Assembly (NCBI RefSeq): GCF_902652985.1
Contig: NC_047025.1
Span: 9,734,001 to 9,798,000 of the forward strand
DNA: 64,000 nucleotides
Source of the DNA: Pecten maximus
Taxonomy: Eukaryota
Direction: 5' to 3'
The translations under genes and the position numbers were made by a program. The notes under the pieces are model-generated. The model saw only the letters and a program-made list of their open reading frames with translations, was not told where the DNA came from and made no database searches. Shown here piece by piece: positions 62,831 to 64,000 of the stretch (its first letter is position 1; every line of letters begins with the position of its first letter).

Positions 62831-63899
62831 ACTGACACATGATACCTATTTCATATCTTAACAAATACACTGATGAGCTCAATTAGGTAAAGAATTTCAA
62901 CTTTGAAGAGGCATAAAAAATGTGAGTGATTTATGATGAGACAGGTGTGTATACATAGTTATACACAGATAAGTCTTACACAACAAGTCTCCAGGTACAC
63001 CACTTCTCATCTAAAATCAGATCAAATAGAGGAATCTAGAAATTTCTACAGTGCAAGTTCAATAAATATCAAACAGCAATTTATCAACCTTTTGTGACAA
63101 GGAAAGCAGAACGCATTTGTGACAAGGAAAGCAGAACGCACAAATTCTATAATAAGTGAATTCGGCAAACATTTACAGGTAATTTATCATTTCTTTTTTC
63201 TTTCTTTATTTGTGAGAAGGCTTCCTGACATTGATAGGTTATTCGTGTACGAAATGTCGGGGTGGTTTCCAGATAAACACTAGGTAAACTCCAGGTAGAG
63301 CTGTAGGCAGATTCCTTCACACATTCCAAATTAGAAAGCTTGCTGAACAATCGTCAGACTCATAAGGAGGATATATTACCAATAAATCTGGCTTAAATGT
63401 AAGGACAGGAACATCCAGCCTGCTCCAATGGGCTAACTATGTTTGACATTAAGATTAGCGAGAACACCACTTCGTCTGCAATACTGTACCGACTTGCCCT
63501 ACACTTCCGCTAGCTCCTTACTTAGAATGTCATTGTGGCATATCTATAGCTATATGGTGTTAATATCCAAGTGGTTTGCAGTTGTAGTGTGTCTCCAACA
63601 ACTCTTGGGAAACTGCTCGTCATTTACACGCAACCATAAAAGTCTAATTTTGGCATTCACTGCGGAAATGGTCCAACACACCATGATCATACTTCAGTAT
63701 AAATTGAATTACTTCTCGCGCCATGTTCCATGGCAGAGCCAGCCATCATTATGTCTTAACACAGGGACATTTTTTGTCTTGAAAGAGAAGCTAATATGTG
63801 TCCGTCTACAACATCAAACACTTTGAGGAGGTATAACCTTGATTAATGATATATACGTACACACAGTCTTACTCTTTCCACTTTTGATGATGTCATTAC

Positions 63900-64000
63900 A
63901 AATACAGTATTCCCACAATACAGTCACTGATAATACAGTATTCCCACAATACAGTCACTAAAAATACAGTATTCCCACAATACAGTCACTAAAAATACAG
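63900..64000. repeat. 31-bp tandem repeat running off the window end
   Basis: aatacagtattcccacaatacagtcactaaa. Confidence 0.9.

Noticed and set aside
63147-63826. ORF fragment CVKESAY resembling the region C-terminal to LINE reverse transcriptase
   Set aside because: Only a short motif; no continuous RT alignment can be seen. It needs a translated search against LINE ORF2 to support.

Overview
AT-rich eukaryotic (metazoan) genomic DNA. The repeat families suggest a mollusc, probably a bivalve (inference). The window holds most of one minus-strand gene, a K-Cl cotransporter (KCC, SLC12A4-7 family). I reconstructed 24 phase-compatible coding exons between 40403 and 2815 (2962 nt, about 987 codons). 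The first coding exon and the C-terminal exons were not found in the window. Three introns are minor-spliceosome (U12) type: one AT-AC (6721-9308) and two GT-AG (6413-6630, 17007-17364). The most unusual observation is that three other introns are 83-98% filled by tandem arrays whose unit is a copy of that intron's own exon/intron junction (about 25x56 bp donor, about 16x53 bp acceptor, about 30x51 bp donor), giving dozens of decoy splice sites in a row. Also present: a duplicated 87-nt symmetric exon, two candidate N-terminal microexons, a ~3.2-kb tandem duplication with a TE fragment at its junction, Helentron/HINE-like elements, Tc1/pogo-like MITEs, hairpin-headed non-autonomous elements (one self-nested), tRNA-derived SINEs and many minisatellites, several apparently derived from transposon ends. 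Most ORFs in the supplied track are artefacts of repeats or antisense frames.
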